DNA of 63,910 nt, filler included, from Intoshia linei (GCA_001642005.1; 7 parts of 7 records of this genome joined end to end with filler, not necessarily neighbours in it); one strand, 5' to 3'; positions 29,858 to 44,325 are shown, counted from the whole stretch's first letter. Numbers and translations: made by a program. Notes: generated by a model from the sequence alone, not told the origin.

Positions 29858-31365
29858 ATATTAACCGATTTCATTTTTTTAGATAAATGCTTTAAATCAA
29901 AAAAGGCATCCATATGCAAAATTGGGTTTTCTAATAAAAAAAAGTGGTCACCTTATTGAACAAGTACAATAGTTTATTTTTTGGAGATCTTATTAGTTTG
30001 TTACACAAACCTACAATCGACGCTACTCATTAAATTTTGAATGTACATAATACGTATTTGCTTGTATATTACCTGTTAAAATTATTGTACATAAAATAAC
30101 TAAATGAGTCACAATGTGTAGTTACTATATAAATGAATTTACTTTGAGCAACTAGGTCATTTTACAATTGTTATTTGCTTTAAATATCATTTTATGTTTT
30201 ATTAAAACCAACTATCATCAAAAATGATTCATCGGTAACTGCTTTTTGAATATTTTATTTAAAAAAAATTATTTTGAAAAATATAATAGTATATTTATCA
30301 ACAATTAATATTATAAATCACGTACGACGTACATTACTACATGTATAAGTTTAGTAATGTTAAATGTGCAACCTTTATCTTTTAATTATACATTTTTATT
30401 TTATTTATAACCTCTTACTAGTTATGATTATTATATTAAAGGTGATTTAATGAAATTAAATTTTTATTAAAACCATGGTTTGACCTTAAAATATTTCCCT
30501 GTATATATTTACTGTTATTCTTGTGGACTTATAGTAATAAATTATTTTTAATACTACATTCTACAATTGATTACATACATACGATTGTATACTATTTTCA
30601 ATATTAGACAAAAACAAAAGTAATTAATTGGGTTATATTTAATAGTAATTTTTAAACATGAGTCATTTAGAGTACATTACAGTCATAAGGCGTGAATCGT
30701 CAAATAATTCTTAATTTTTAAAATAGATAGAATTTAATTTAATTTTACTTCCATACTGTTGTATACTCAAAAACACATAGTAAAATATAAAATCTTTCAA
30801 ACGACTTTTGCATCGAAATGTGCACGTTGAGAAAATTTATGTACAATGTACGCATATAATTGGCATATTATCAATCTATAGCTAATCAAAAAGTAAAATT
30901 ATTTCGATTTAAATTTGTAATGCTTCCAATTCTATTAAATCTTGTTGACATTTAATAGAACACTCATTTACAATGTTGATTTATATATATTGTATAGTGA
31001 ATAATATCTGATTCAATATAGACAATATTTATTGACATGTAGTAATTGTTATTTTAAAGTTTTCTAAAGTTACTGCATCCGTCCATTTATCTTATTAAAA
31101 ATTTACAATATTCTCAAGGTTGACGTTTTTTAAATTATTTTAATATGTATAGCCCAATTTATTGATTTTTTATTTGTTTAAATAGTATTATTATTATTTT
31201 TTAATTAATCCATATAGGTCATAGGTTCTTAACCTGGGGTGCCACAAAATTTCAAAATTTTTATAAATTTTGAATAAAAATCGTTTTGCAGCACTATTTT
31301 TTAAACTTGTATAAAGTTTCGAAAATAAAGTTACATGTAATAAATATTTTCATGTTTTTGACATA

Positions 31366-32131
31366 CAGTAGCGAGTCGTTACTAGCGACATGTCCTTGTT
31401 GATTTTTTAATTTTAAACTTATTTTTATAATAATAACCATTGAAATTCAAAACGAAACAGTTTTTAACTCACATTATTTTACACATTTTCTATAAAAATT
31501 AAGTAACGAGATAATTTAACGTTTTTTAAATTATAAAATATATTCATTCATTAACAATTTTCCTATTAATAATAAAAATTGTCTTTTAAATTTAATAAGG
31601 TTACAAAATTATTAAAATATAATCTGATATCTTCTTTTTTTTTATGTAATCCTAAGATGAGATCGTCATGCCTCACTGATTTTTTTGAATTTTAGATATG
31701 CTTCAAGGTTCAAATTATAAATCATATATTCTGTTATGCAGTGCTTGAAATCAACTTATTGTTTCATTTGATAGGTTTTTTGAGGTGTAATATCTGTTTA
31801 AAAATTAATTGTTTCAATTTCTTTTTAATATTATGGATTTCATTTGAAATATCAGATTAATTCGGCGGTAATTCTAAAATCATTGTATCGATTCTTTAGC
31901 AATTTTTCTATCCGAATCGCCTCCAGCAATTTCTTTTGTTTTAATAAAATTTCAGATTTTTCAAAACATGGTCCGCTTCTTAAATTTTATTATCAAATAT
32001 TTATTTCTTTTATAGTCACACAAGTCATTTATATAGAAAAAACGTGCGAGTAATGAAAATCTTGAAATTTTGAAACAAGTGATCCATGTTTTTCACAACT
32101 GGTCCCTAGTCCGCTTAATATGTCGCTACTG
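31366..32131. mobile_element. pogo/Tigger-like non-autonomous element
   Basis: TA|CAGTAGCGA ... TCGCTACTG|TA. Confidence 0.6.
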
Positions 32132-32332
32132 TATGTCAATAAAAGAAAAAAAAGTGATGATTATATTCGGATTGACTAAAATAAATGATATTGATAAATT
32201 GGACAAACCAGTGTTTTTTTTAATTCAAATGTTTACCCATTTCAGCTAACAATTTTAGTTACAGTAGTTATAATATTAACATTTATCATATTTTATTTTT
32301 TTAGTTACACAAAGTTTTTATATCGAGACATC

Positions 32333-35300
32333 ATGACCAAAGTTGCATCAGAAACTACAACTTTGCCAAAAATTATATATGGAAAATCAGACGTATTGCC
32401 ACAAAGTGTTATCAAATTTGTTGAAAAATACTGTGATGTTTGTACTCCACATAATTTACATTTTTGCGATGGATCTCAAAAAGAATATGACATGTTGACT
32501 CAAAAATTAGTTTTAAATGGAACTATCAAACCGTTAAAGAAATATGATAATTGGTTAATCTTTATTGTAAATAAAAATATTCAAATCATAAATTATAATT
32601 TATATAAATGCATCAAATTGATACTATTATTTAAATTAATTAACAAAGGTTTTAATTTAATTGACCACTTAATTGAAATTCCAGAGAATTCAAAGAATAG
32701 TTAACATAAATTATTCTAGATTCTAGAATGTCGTTCTTACTTATATTTATTATTTAGTTGGCTCGCTCGAACAGATCCTCGAGACGTTGCTCGTGTAGAA
32801 AGTAAAACTGTTATATCATCAAGTAACAAACGCGACACAGTACCATTAATATCTCACGGAAATTTGGGAAATTGGATTTCTACAAGTGCCCTTGAAGTAA
32901 TTTAATTTTAGTTTTTAATTCAGATTAGCATTTTTTAGTTTAAGTATAGGGCGGTGGTTAGTAGCATGTTTGCCATATCATCTAAAGTTATATGATAAAT
33001 TTAATTCATCATGGACTCGATCTAATCCTTAGATTATAAGGAATTAACCATTTCGTCGCGTCTTCAGTATATTTTTGAAATTTTTAACGTTTTCAATTTA
33101 AAGATTCTGTTTGTTTCTCCCCATGTTATAATTTCTTTTTTAATATTAGTTATTGAAGCAGAGGTTTTTGAAATGCTTACGCGTTCTTTGGCTGTCATCA
33201 TGTAACATGATTCAAGTTAATGTTTCATCAATACGCATTTGTTATTTTTTATGTTGCTGGGATTAGTGTGATGTACTCTTTGCTATGGTAATAATTAATA
33301 GATTTTCATTTTTTTGATCGAGGGTTTTGGTTTATTGAAATTTTTATCAATTAATTTGTAATATGTTAGTAGCAAGTCGAGGTTCAAAACAGATTTATTA
33401 TAAATTTTATAACAATTTAATTGTAAGTTGTGAAAGTGGAATGTATCACACCGTGTAATTTACACGTTAAATTTTATCAATTGTTTACAAGTTTACTTTT
33501 TTGTTTCACGATTTTGTCATTGAAATTGTCATTTTAGAAAATATAAATATTTCATTGATAACACAGTAGGGTGTCCATTTTTTGTATTAGAAAGAGCTAT
33601 TTTACACGTGGATGTCTTTTTTGATTATAAACACTTATCCAAAAAAAAAATTAAGAAAAACACGGACATAAACTTAAATTTAGCCATATTTTGTTAATTA
33701 CTTAATTGATAAAGCGGTTTTTGACATCGTGATTTCTATTCAAAAATACACATGATCTACCTGGTACGTGTTGCAAAATCGTAAAATTTAAAATAAATGT
33801 GGTTTTTAAATTCAACACAAAATAATTGATATTCTTTTTACTTATTTTTTTAATATTCAATTTGAAAAATCAGATCGCCATTTTACAAAAAATTCGTGTA
33901 GGTCTTTCAGAAGAGGGGTATCGGCGTGGTAGATTCGGGTCTAAAACTACAAAACTGAAACCCTACTATACAGTTTAAAATGTACAAAGGGCCGATTCGA
34001 CTGGTCAACCTGTCTAAATCGTTCATTTATTTGAATTAAGGTTTTGTTATTTTTATGGAACAGGATGATGACATTGACTACTTTTTTTTAAGTAGCCTTT
34101 AAAAGGAAATTGTAGATTATCATATTTTTTTAAATTTTGGACATCTAGTTCTACCGTCACACCCATTTATTACGTCTTGGATTGATCATGAGTCATGACT
34201 TATAGAATACAGTATGTTAATGAATTAATTTTTAGATTGAAAAAAATAAAAGATTTCCAGGTTGCATGAATGGAAGAACAATGTACATTATACCGTTTGT
34301 GATGGGACCATTGGGTGGCCCCCTGAGTAAAATTGCTATTCAATTGACAGATTCAGCGTATGTAGTAATGTCAATGAGAACCATGACTAGGATGAACCCT
34401 GAAGTTTATAACTATATTAATAAGGGTGATAGTTTTGTCAAATGTGTACATTCGGTAGGTGTTCCCAATCCTTCATCAAAAAATAATTCTATAACATGGC
34501 CATGTAATCCAGAATTAACCATGGTAGCACATGAACCTGAAAAAAACACAATAATGTCATTTGGAAGTGGCTACGGAGGAAATTCGCTGTTAGGTAAAAA
34601 GTGCTTAGCTTTAAGACTTGGAAGTATTATGGGTAAAAAAGAAAGTTGGTTAGCAGAGCACATGTTAATATTGGGAATTACATGTCCAAATGGAAAAAAA
34701 AGATATGTTGCAGCCGCTTTTCCAAGTGCATGTGGAAAAACCAATTTAGCTATGATGAGTGCCACATTGCCAGGTTATAAGATTGAATGTATTGGAGATG
34801 ATATTGCATGGATGAAATATAACAAAGCAGGAGAATTGCGAGCAATTAATCCAGAATATGGCTTTTTTGGTGTTGCTCCAGGTACATCAGATAAAACAAA
34901 TATCAATGCAATGAAGACAATAAATCGAAACACTATTTTTACAAATGTTGCTGAGACCGAAGATGGCGATTTTTATTGGGAGGGTTTGCCATTACCGAAA
35001 TCTAAAATAACATCGTGGTTGGGTAAAGAATGGAATCCCAATTCTTCAAATACACCTGCAGCTCATCCAAATTCTAGATTTTGTGTTCCTGCGAAACAAT
35101 GCCCAAATATTGATGACCGATGGAATGATCCAAACGGTGTACCTATTGATGCTATAATTTTTGGTGGAAGACGATCTAGCCATGTTCCTTTAATTTATGA
35201 AAGTTTTGATTGGAATCATGGTGTTTTCATTGGTGCATCAATGAGATCTGAGGCCACTGCTGCTGCTGAGCATACAGGTATTTTGATTATTAATTAATTG

Positions 35301-35867
35301 CAACTTTTAATCAACTTGTTATACTGTTGTATTACGCTATTCACATAAACTACATAATTTTAATTTAAATTATACTAATTTATATTTTTAGCTAAAGTTT
35401 TAATGAATGACCCTTTTGCAATGAGACCATTTTTCGGATACAATTTTGGTGACTATTTACAACACTGGTTAAATATGGGAGACAAATCTAAAGACAGTAA
35501 TTCTAATCGTATTGTACCAAAGATTTTTCATGTAAATTGGTTCCGAAAATGTGAGAAAACTGGAAAATTTTTATGGCCAGGTTTTGGAGAAAATTGTAGA
35601 GTTTTAGATTGGATTATAAGGAGGTTGGATGACAAAGACAATAAACTATGTAATGCATCACCGATCGGCTACTTACCAAAATTCAATACTTTCAATTTAT
35701 CTAATCTTACAAATATTGATATGGAGCAATTGTTTTCATTGTCAAAAGAGGCATGGCTAAAAGAAACCGATGCTATAAATGCATATTTAAAAAATTCTGT
35801 TGGCGAAGATGTTCCATCAGAAATTACAAAACAGTTGTTAGAATTACGTAGTCGTTTAATCAAATAG
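32333..35867 (+). CDS. PCK: phosphoenolpyruvate carboxykinase (GTP); exons 32333-32553, 32758-32896, 34236-35277, 35392-35867
   Basis: [83 protein letters not shown]; all junctions in frame; no obvious mitochondrial presequence. Confidence 0.98.
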
Positions 35868-35979
35868 AAAAACTCATTGTTGAATAAATTACATTAAATA
35901 ATTTAAATATTTTCGGTTTAAATTAAAAAAACTGACATTCAAATTAAATAAGCTGAAGTATAAATTAAAAACATTTTAT

Positions 35980-36700
35980 GTACTATAATTTATAGCAAAA
36001 TAGGTTTATCATCCAAAAATTCATCATATTGAATAGTTTTCTTGGACATGATTAAATTTCATACAATTCTACAGTGTAATGGCTTGGATTAATGTCAATT
36101 ATGTTTTCTAGTCTTTGGAGTCGAGTTTCTCTTATAGCATATTTCGAGGTGATGCAATAATGTGGTTTAGTTAAAATAAATGTTATTTCATAACAGATTT
36201 TAATATACTCCAACATTTTTCAATGACGTTGAAAGGAGCGCTATAAAGAGCGGCTTGTATCATATTAATACCGATGAATTCAACTTAATCTGCAACATCT
36301 TCCAAATTGGTGTAAACTGGTGCATTATCGAATACAATCAATATTGATTTAAGGAGTTCAATAATTTTCTAAGCCATTCGTGACAATCATTTTTTTGATG
36401 AGACACGCCTTCTTTCCCATTAAACCATACCTGTCTCAGAAATACCGCCAATGATGTGGATGTTATTGTTCCTTGTGACAATGGACGTTTGACAATGCAT
36501 TTTATTCCTCTTCTCTAACAATATGGTCGATATCCTTTTCTAATCCAGCCATAATCTGTACTTACTGCCGCTACAACTTTCCAGTCCTCGTTCTCGTACG
36601 CTTTCAATATTCGACGCTTAGTTTCATCTTCAGGTTTCGCATACCTTCCTCTTATATTTCCAGATTTTACACCTCTTTTCTCTTTAATGGATTCAATTAA
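35980..36700 (-). mobile_element. decayed IS630/Tc1-like (DDE_3) transposase
   Basis: Minus strand RRILKAYENEDWKVVA (HTH-like), VFDNAPVY and YSAPFNVIENV motifs with stops and frameshifts. Confidence 0.7.
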
Positions 36701-36934
36701 AAATGAACTTTCGATGTCAGAGATTTGTTAATATGATAAAAGATAAAATGGAATAAGGCGCAATGTAATATGCAGCATAATTGGAGGCGAATAGGTAAGT
36801 TTATAGTGGTAGATGCTCTTATAACACAATGTATATTAAACAAAATAAAATTAAGATCAGTTTTTTGAATTTGAACTGAAAAAGGTGTAGTTTCTCAAAA
36901 AGTCAATAGAGCCTAGAATTAGACGTGTATTCAC

Positions 36935-37703
36935 CAGTGGCGTAGCGTCATAGTGTGTTTAATTTTAAAATTTAAAAAAATAATATTTTAAATAACAATT
37001 TTTATAATTTTAATTTCATTTACAAACATCTTTCTGACATAATGAAAAATGTTATTTATAAGAATGAAATTAAATTCATTTCAAATACAAGTAGTCTTTC
37101 AAGTATACTTTATAGAAGTGATTTTCAAATTTTCTGCATTCGCAACCTCTTATAAACATAAAACATTTTCGCGACCCAAAAATTTTATATATACAATAGT
37201 TTTTCGTTTATAAATACACTCGTTATTAAACGTAAGTATAACGTAAATTTCGGAGATTTTTTGTAAAATACTGGCGACTCGTTTGCATTGTAAATTTGTT
37301 CATAGAATAATTTTTTTCGGCGATTATATTATTAAACTTTTCAATGAAGCCAGCAACAAATTCACTATCAGCGGACAAACGTTTACCTGTCATTTTACGG
37401 GTCGAAATTGAAAATCTTTTCTTAAATTTTGACAACCAACGGTATGATTTACCATCTTCAATTTCGGATATAATTTTTAATTTAGTAAATAAATTTATAG
37501 CAATTCTTCGTTTGATGGACCATAATTAAAATGAAAATAAGCAGACTTTAAGTGATAATTTAATTTATGATGATATTATATTTTATGAATGATTTATATT
37601 ATAATAATATTTTGTGGACATTCATTTTTATTTGGGATCAAATTTTATGTTACCAAGGAACCAATTCCGCACACCTTGTGAGAAAAGTCACGCTACGCCA
37701 CTG
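36935..37703. mobile_element. hAT MITE carrying pogo and Charlie fragments
   Basis: TIR CAGTGGCGTAGCGT / ACGCTACGCCACTG; TSD GTATTCAC/GTATCCAC. Confidence 0.88.
37226..37525 (-). pseudogene. pogo/Tigger (CENP-B-like) transposase fragment
   Basis: KRRIAINLFTKLKIISEIEDG joined to WLSKFKKRFSISTRKMTGKRLSAD...FIEKFNNIIAEKNYS. Confidence 0.75.
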
Positions 37704-38040
37704 GTATCCACCGGTCAATATTAATATACATTGAGGATCATTTTACATTACTTTTTAATGAAATAATCTCACTTAATTTTATTAACATAACATTTTTTAT
37801 GTAATATTTAAATTAAATATTTAAGTTAACACTGTTAACTGGATATAGCTGTATCAACTATAATTTTTTTAAATGGACTATTTTAATTTAATAAATTTTA
37901 TAAAAAAGGGTGATTTGGGGTTGGATCCAATAAATTGCATGATTAAAAACAACATATTATTATTATATTACTAGAATTATATGAATATTATTTATTTGTG
38001 AGCAAAATAAATAATAATAAATTAAAATATGTATTTATAA

Positions 38041-38880
38041 TTACAATATTTTTTTAGAACTTTTTGACATTATTTTTTCATTAATTAATCGGTGAACATC
38101 TGTGTAAATTAACATACCAATGAAAATCAAAACTAATCCAACCACAAATGGCCATGTTACAACATGGTTGAATATAAAAATAGAGATTATTATTGATATC
38201 AATTTTCGTAAGGTAAGTAATATATTCAAAGAAAGAGAACTAACTCGAGTAATCAATACATATACGCAACGCATGCAAACATAACTAAACATATTATAAT
38301 TATGTATTATTTATATAAATGGTTTTAAATTTGAAAAAATACAAATTTACATGTAACCCTTATAATAACGCTTAGATTCCAAAGTAATTAAATTCATAAC
38401 TTCAGATGAGCTCTCTAAATTTCAAAAATACCCAAAATCGTCAGATTGGACTATGGGAGTGCCGAAAATATTGTTATTTCATATGCATCAATACATCTCA
38501 AAAATTTAAGTTTTATTGTTCACAGAATATAAGTTGCGCAATGCGCAAATGCGTTATTTGTATTCTTTCTGTAAACATCATTTCATAAAAACATTAAATT
38601 CATCCAGTGAAAATTTACACTGGGAACGTTTGGATAATTTTCGGAATAGCTAATTAATATAAACATTCAAAATTACAAAGCTATGACATTCATTGGTACC
38701 AAAAAAAATTGATAATAATCTAATTAATAATAATTGATAATTAAAAATAAAATATAAAAACGAGACTACATGCCTCATACCAGTCAGATTTGTTATGGAA
38801 AAGGTACCGCATAATGAAATGAATATAACAGAAATCAATATTGATCATACCAGTGTCACATTTTGAGTAAAATGTATTCT
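38041..38880 (-). CDS. SLC35B4: 3' part of UDP-xylose/UDP-GlcNAc transporter; last exon 38041-38284 clear, upstream exons uncertain and possibly frameshifted
   Basis: YVCMRCVYVLITRVSSLSLNILLTLRKLISIIISIFIFNH...VLIFIGMLIYTD matches the SLC35B4/YEA4 C-terminus; dilysine-like tail; upstream WYEAYYYQFFLVP resembles the family W-x-E-x-x-F/Y-Y motif. Confidence 0.75.
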
Positions 38881-39211
38881 GAAAAATAAATTGATATATT
38901 AAAAACATTGTTAAATTTTATTCAAAATATTTTAAAATGAGAATTTAAAATTTAAAAATTGCGAAGGAATGAATTATATAGATTCCACCCATATTTCTTT
39001 ATAGAAAATGTGTAGACGTTCAATGCACATTTTTTTGAAATTGTAGGATCAAGTTATATTTTCAATTTCTATTTTAATTGAAATATTTGAAAAATATTGG
39101 TTGATAATATANNNNNNNNNNNNNNNNNNNNNNNNNNNNNNNNNNNNNNNNNNNNTTAATTAATTAANNNNNNNNNNNNNNNNNNNNNNNNNNNNNNNNN
39201 NNNNNNNNNNN

Positions 39212-39313
39212 TTAATTTAATTTTTCATATTTAATTAACTTTGTTTCAATTTGATACGTGTTTTTTTAAATGTAATGTTGTGTGACCATATGGTTACACT
39301 GGGAGTATATGGG
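39212..39313 (-). mobile_element. piggyBac-type element end
   Basis: ACACTGGGAGTATATGGG|TTAA; reverse-complement homolog of 10592-10732. Confidence 0.7.
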
Positions 39314-41189
39314 TTAATAATGAATCATTATGTAGTCCATTGTCAATTATGAAGCAATGAAACAGCATTTTCCCCTTATATTTAATGCGTGGTTCGATAA
39401 AATCGTGGTCTTTCGGGTCGTATATGGAATTATCATGTCTATTATAATTTATATGGATGTAAGGTTTATCCATGTAATTTTTGTGTCAAAATACAGTGTT
39501 TTCTGTTCAATATGAATACTGTATAATATGAATTCACGCTTATACCGTGGTTGCCAAAATAATAAAGCCACTCTTAATTTCGCTATAATTAACTGAATAA
39601 CATTCATAATCACTCAAAATTTTACAAAGTGATAATATAATACATTTTTATATTAATTAGCTGTTAAAATTTATATTTTTTTATAATTCAATTAAAAAAT
39701 ATTAGCACTTTTATAATTTTTTAAAAAAATTAATAAAAATAAATATAAAAATAATTAAAAATTAAATAATTTTTCCAATAATGTATATCCTTCTTGAAAA
39801 ATCTCGTGTTTTTTGTAAATTAGATTTAACCTGTATTTCGTCGTTATCAAATGTTAAATAATCTTTAGTGTAAAAAAATACATAACATATTTAGCGTAGT
39901 CCTAGTACGAGATAAACGCCTTTCACGCAAAAAATAACATTACATCAATTATTATATGAGGTCCAAATAAATCACCAATGGTATCATCTCTTTTTTAAGT
40001 ATGTGCCACGGAAATAGGAATATTATTAATATATTCATACCATACTTCCAGACATATTTGATATCTTCTACTTAAATAATGGGATGTTCTACATACAAGG
40101 TTTATATTTTTTTGTTTTTATTTATTTCATGTATCAGTTTTGCATGCAAAAGCAGAATATCCAATTATTAATTGTATCGTTGACTAGTTAATCGTCAATA
40201 TACTTGGAGGATCTGTTTCTAGTAGATTTGTAGGTAGTGTACTCTGTTTATTGCACGATCAGAAACATCATTTGTTAGAGCAACTTAAAGAGGTGGTACT
40301 GATAAATATAAATATTTGTTTAAAAATCATGTGCAATATTTGCTTCTTGACGGTAAGACAGAAACAGTAACTGATCGCAAAAAAATGTAGTCTTGATATA
40401 CAACTTTTTCATACACAGTTGCATGATCCAACAATGTATGAATAAATTGTAAATAAATTTTAGGTAACCGTACTGTTTTTGATCGATGGGGAAGTGGTAA
40501 TTATTCTATATGAGAGCTGTAGTGTTCGACGCGATTTTTTAATGGAAGTTTATACTACTTTACATCTTTATGATTGTTAAAGAATAATCTTTGATGTCGA
40601 AATGTTGGTTCGATTTGATAGGAATGCATCACTTTCTTTCAGCAGGAAACTATCTTTCTGATTATAAGAGTTATTATACGACATGTGATACATGCTTGGA
40701 AGTGTTAAAGGGGTAGATAGACATAAATGACACTCGGTGGCTATTTTATCTTTTTGCCAATTTCTTGAATTTGTAAATCTTTAGAAATTTTTGTTAACAG
40801 CTACATGACACGTTCCACAAACAAATTTTGGTATCCACCATAAAGAATAATCATGATGTTATACATTTTTTCAATTTTAACTCGAAATGGTTCAGAATTG
40901 ATTTAATAGATAGTAAGGCACAAATTAGACAAAAAATATTTGATTTTAAACAATAATGGTCATTCATTTCAATTGTGATCGTAATTCAAATTGTAAATAG
41001 TGAAGCAACTTTATCTATACATTAGTTTCTTAACGTTTATTGGTCGTAATTACAGAAATAACATTTATTAATATTAATCCTTAATTATTAAATTAGTCAT
41101 TAACTACGAGATAAATATTTAAAATTTATTAGAAATGGAAAAATTATAATCAATATATGTGTTACAGGCAATTTGCAAATTAATTAACT

Positions 41190-42090
41190 AACTTCGTTTT
41201 TCCATAGTAAATATTTCGCCAAATGCTTTAGTAATGACTGTACAGCAGTCTGCCACTAATATTTTTGGGTCCATCGTTCAATTATTCTCTTTTACTCCTT
41301 TAATTAAAGATTTTAAAATAAATTCAAAATCTTCAGCCTTTTCATCGATTGTAATGCAAATATCACCCGGGTTAAATTTTCTATTAATGTCACTTGTGCC
41401 TATCAATAAAACTGGATAACATTGATAAATGAGTTTATAAATAGCATCAGTTTGTATAAAATTGGTATTATTCATCAATTTTAAAAAACAGGGAGTTGAA
41501 ACAAACATTTATATTTATTGGTACCACCTCTTCAAGTTGCTCTAACAAATGATGTTTCGTTTCTTTTGTGTGGAAATTTACTACATAAGGAACATCCTCA
41601 TCTTTTGGTACCATCATGTGGGTTATGCAAAATTTATCAAATTTACATAAATTTATTCTAAATTGTCCAAATTTTTTTTTTTGAAAATGTCCAAATAGTT
41701 TACAATTTGAGACTTTTTTGGTAGAATAAAATTTTGTGATTCCAGAATCTTCATAATTTTATATGGTTTTTTGTTTCCTTCTGAATAAATTTCTTCTTTA
41801 ATTTCATTTATCAATTTGATACTTTTTTTTGTATGTTTATCTTTACAATTGGATCTATATATAGATACGTCCATATTTTCACAATGATATATCAAATATA
41901 TAGATGCTGGACATTAGTCAGTACCTCGTTCAGGTATATTACATAATAATAAAACACTTTGTTCCCCTCTAATGATTTGTTAGGAGTCTTAACTTTCCAA
42001 TTTTTTTTTAAATTCTCTTTTGCTTTAATAGCAGATAAATACCTTTTTTGTAATAGTAACTAAAAGTAAATGTAACCTTTTCCATTGCCC
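41190..42090 (-). mobile_element. decayed Mutator (MULE) transposase
   Basis: CPASIYL, QIVNYL, IQTDAIYKLIYQCYPVLLIGTSDINRKF, DFEFILKSL, PKILVAD: MULE DDE-domain motifs with stops and frameshifts. Confidence 0.85.
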
Positions 42091-42167
42091 CTATAAGACT
42101 TGACTTCTTCATCTAAGCTATTATCTGGTGATGATTTGAAATTTGAACAATTTGAAAGCATGACCAG

Positions 42168-43077
42168 TAGGGTGTCCACTTTTGACACTTTTTGTTGAAT
42201 TAGAAAAAGTATATTTTATTGAACATTGGAAATGTAATTTAGAACATAAATATCCAAGACAAAATACCAAAGTATAATTTATTCCACCTGAAAATTTTTA
42301 AACCTTTTCAAAAAAACTAACTTTATTTAAATTTATTAATTAAAATTATTGAATTTTGACAAAAGTTTTCACTCTAATTTTTGATCAGTTTGAACTGTTC
42401 TTAAGATTTTCATTTGTGCAAGGGCGCGTTCCGATACCTCATTAGTAAATGCTACCTTCATAGGCTTTGATTTTACATTCCAGTGTCGACGAATACATTT
42501 ACTAGCTGAAACATATTTTCCATCTAAAAAACTGTCTAGTTCCTCCCAATTGGCTATATCTGAATATCTAATATTATTATAATTATTTCTATTCTATAAT
42601 GAAAATATTAGGTTTACCTACAAGTCAATAAAGATTTCACCCAATAATAACATAAAATCGCATGCTTCAATTATTTTTGAGTTACGTATTCTTAACAAAT
42701 ATGCCTTTACTGCATAAATTGCTTTTGCAATTCATCTCGCATTTGATATTGACCCAGGATACTTGAATTTAATGATAGGATTTTTGTTTTCTGATCTTTG
42801 TGTTAAGTACGCATTGGTAAGATTGAAAAGCTCTAAATGAAATTTTATTGCTGAATGAAATTGATACTGGAAAGTATGGATCTGTTTGGCGAGCAAAGTG
42901 GCATATGACTGTTGTAGCTGTTAAATCTTTTTCTACTATTTGTCGAGATTCTTGGATGACGGAAACGTACATTTATCAATCTTGCAACATTAGACATGAA
43001 AATATTTAGAATTCTTGCTGAGCTTCTAAATAATCATCTCTCCATTGCCCATTCAATTGTAGGGTATTTTTTATCTT
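42168..43077 (-). mobile_element. decayed DNA-transposon end, Sola2-like
   Basis: Minus strand RDDYLE, PGSISNAR*IAKAIYAVKAYLLR, TNEVSERAL; terminus TAGGGTGTCCA also seen near 17850 and 33567. Confidence 0.55.
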
Positions 43078-43299
43078 NNNNNNNNNNNNNNNNNNNNNNN
43101 NNNNNNNNNNNNNNNNNNNNNTTAATTAATTAANNNNNNNNNNNNNNNNNNNNNNNNNNNNNNNNNNNNNNNNNNNNAATGGTGAATATTTGATAATATA
43201 AATTTATTTTTAATGTAATCAAATAAACTTTATAATTTTGTTAAAACAAACGACATTACTTATGAAACGATCTAATATTTAAGAAAGTTTAAGAAATTT

Positions 43300-44325
43300 C
43301 TATAACTGTATAATCAGAGATGTTTTATCGAAAATTTCAATTTCAGAAATTAAGTTCTTCAAGGTTAAAAACTTCAATTTTCCTATGTTTTTAAATTCAA
43401 CGCCATCCTACAATTATAAAAAATACACATTCTAATCAAAAGTTTTAAAATTATCAATGTTATAATACTTTTCAATTTTAAAATCTTATATCTTCACTGT
43501 CAAAACCTTAAATAACCCTTTTTTGTAAAAAATTAAGAAATTATTATAATTATATACAACATACATTCTGGAATGGTTTTTAAATTTATAAACATCATCA
43601 TAAATGGTAACATCAAATAAGAAAACTTTCACGTTCGAAAACCCAGATTACCCTTTTTTTAAATGAAAACAGCTCTAGAATTTAAAAAAAATACAGTTAA
43701 TATAGTTATATCCAGTTAACACACATACAAAATTGCAATCTGATAAAGTAACGCCTTCATGTTCAAAAAATTAGTTTAGTATTGATTTTTTTAATTCGAA
43801 TTTATTTTATTAACTAGTAATGTAAAACAAAAATCTTGAAATAATTAACTGCCGTAAAATTAAAAACAAAGATTATTTTGTTACAGTTATTAACTATTCA
43901 ATTTGATATAAATACAAAATTTCAACCCAATAAATCTACACATTCCCGATGAAAAATAATTTTTAATATATTATTAACCAATATTTTTCAAATATTTCGA
44001 TTAAAATAAAAATGAAAATGCAAATTGATCCTACAATTTTAAAAATAAATTGCATTGAACGTCTACACATTTCCAATATAGAAATATGGCTGAAAATCTA
44101 TATAATTCATTCCTTCGGAATTTTTTTCATTGCTACGCAATATTTAAATTTCAAATTTTTATTTTCAAAACATTTTGTATAAAATTTAAATTAAAACTAC
44201 AACAACGACTACTAAAAGTAATATAATTTTGTTATTATCATTTTTATATTTATTACAATTCTTATATTGGTAAAATTCATCTGAAATGCAAAACTAGACG
44301 CTGTTTGTACGTACATAACTAATAA
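43300..44325 (+). mobile_element. Helitron family copy with degenerate 3' end
   Basis: Homologous to other copies; ends CTGTTTGTACGTACATAACTAA|T. Confidence 0.7.

Noticed and set aside
34266-35297. Possible alternative genetic code suggested by many short ORFs
   Set aside because: PEPCK and GPCR translate cleanly in the standard code; fragmentation is due to mini-introns and dead transposases.
34571-35863. Antisense or alternate-frame ORFs over PEPCK, and similar ones over SRPK, the GPCR and TCHP
   Set aside because: Shadow frames of real coding exons.
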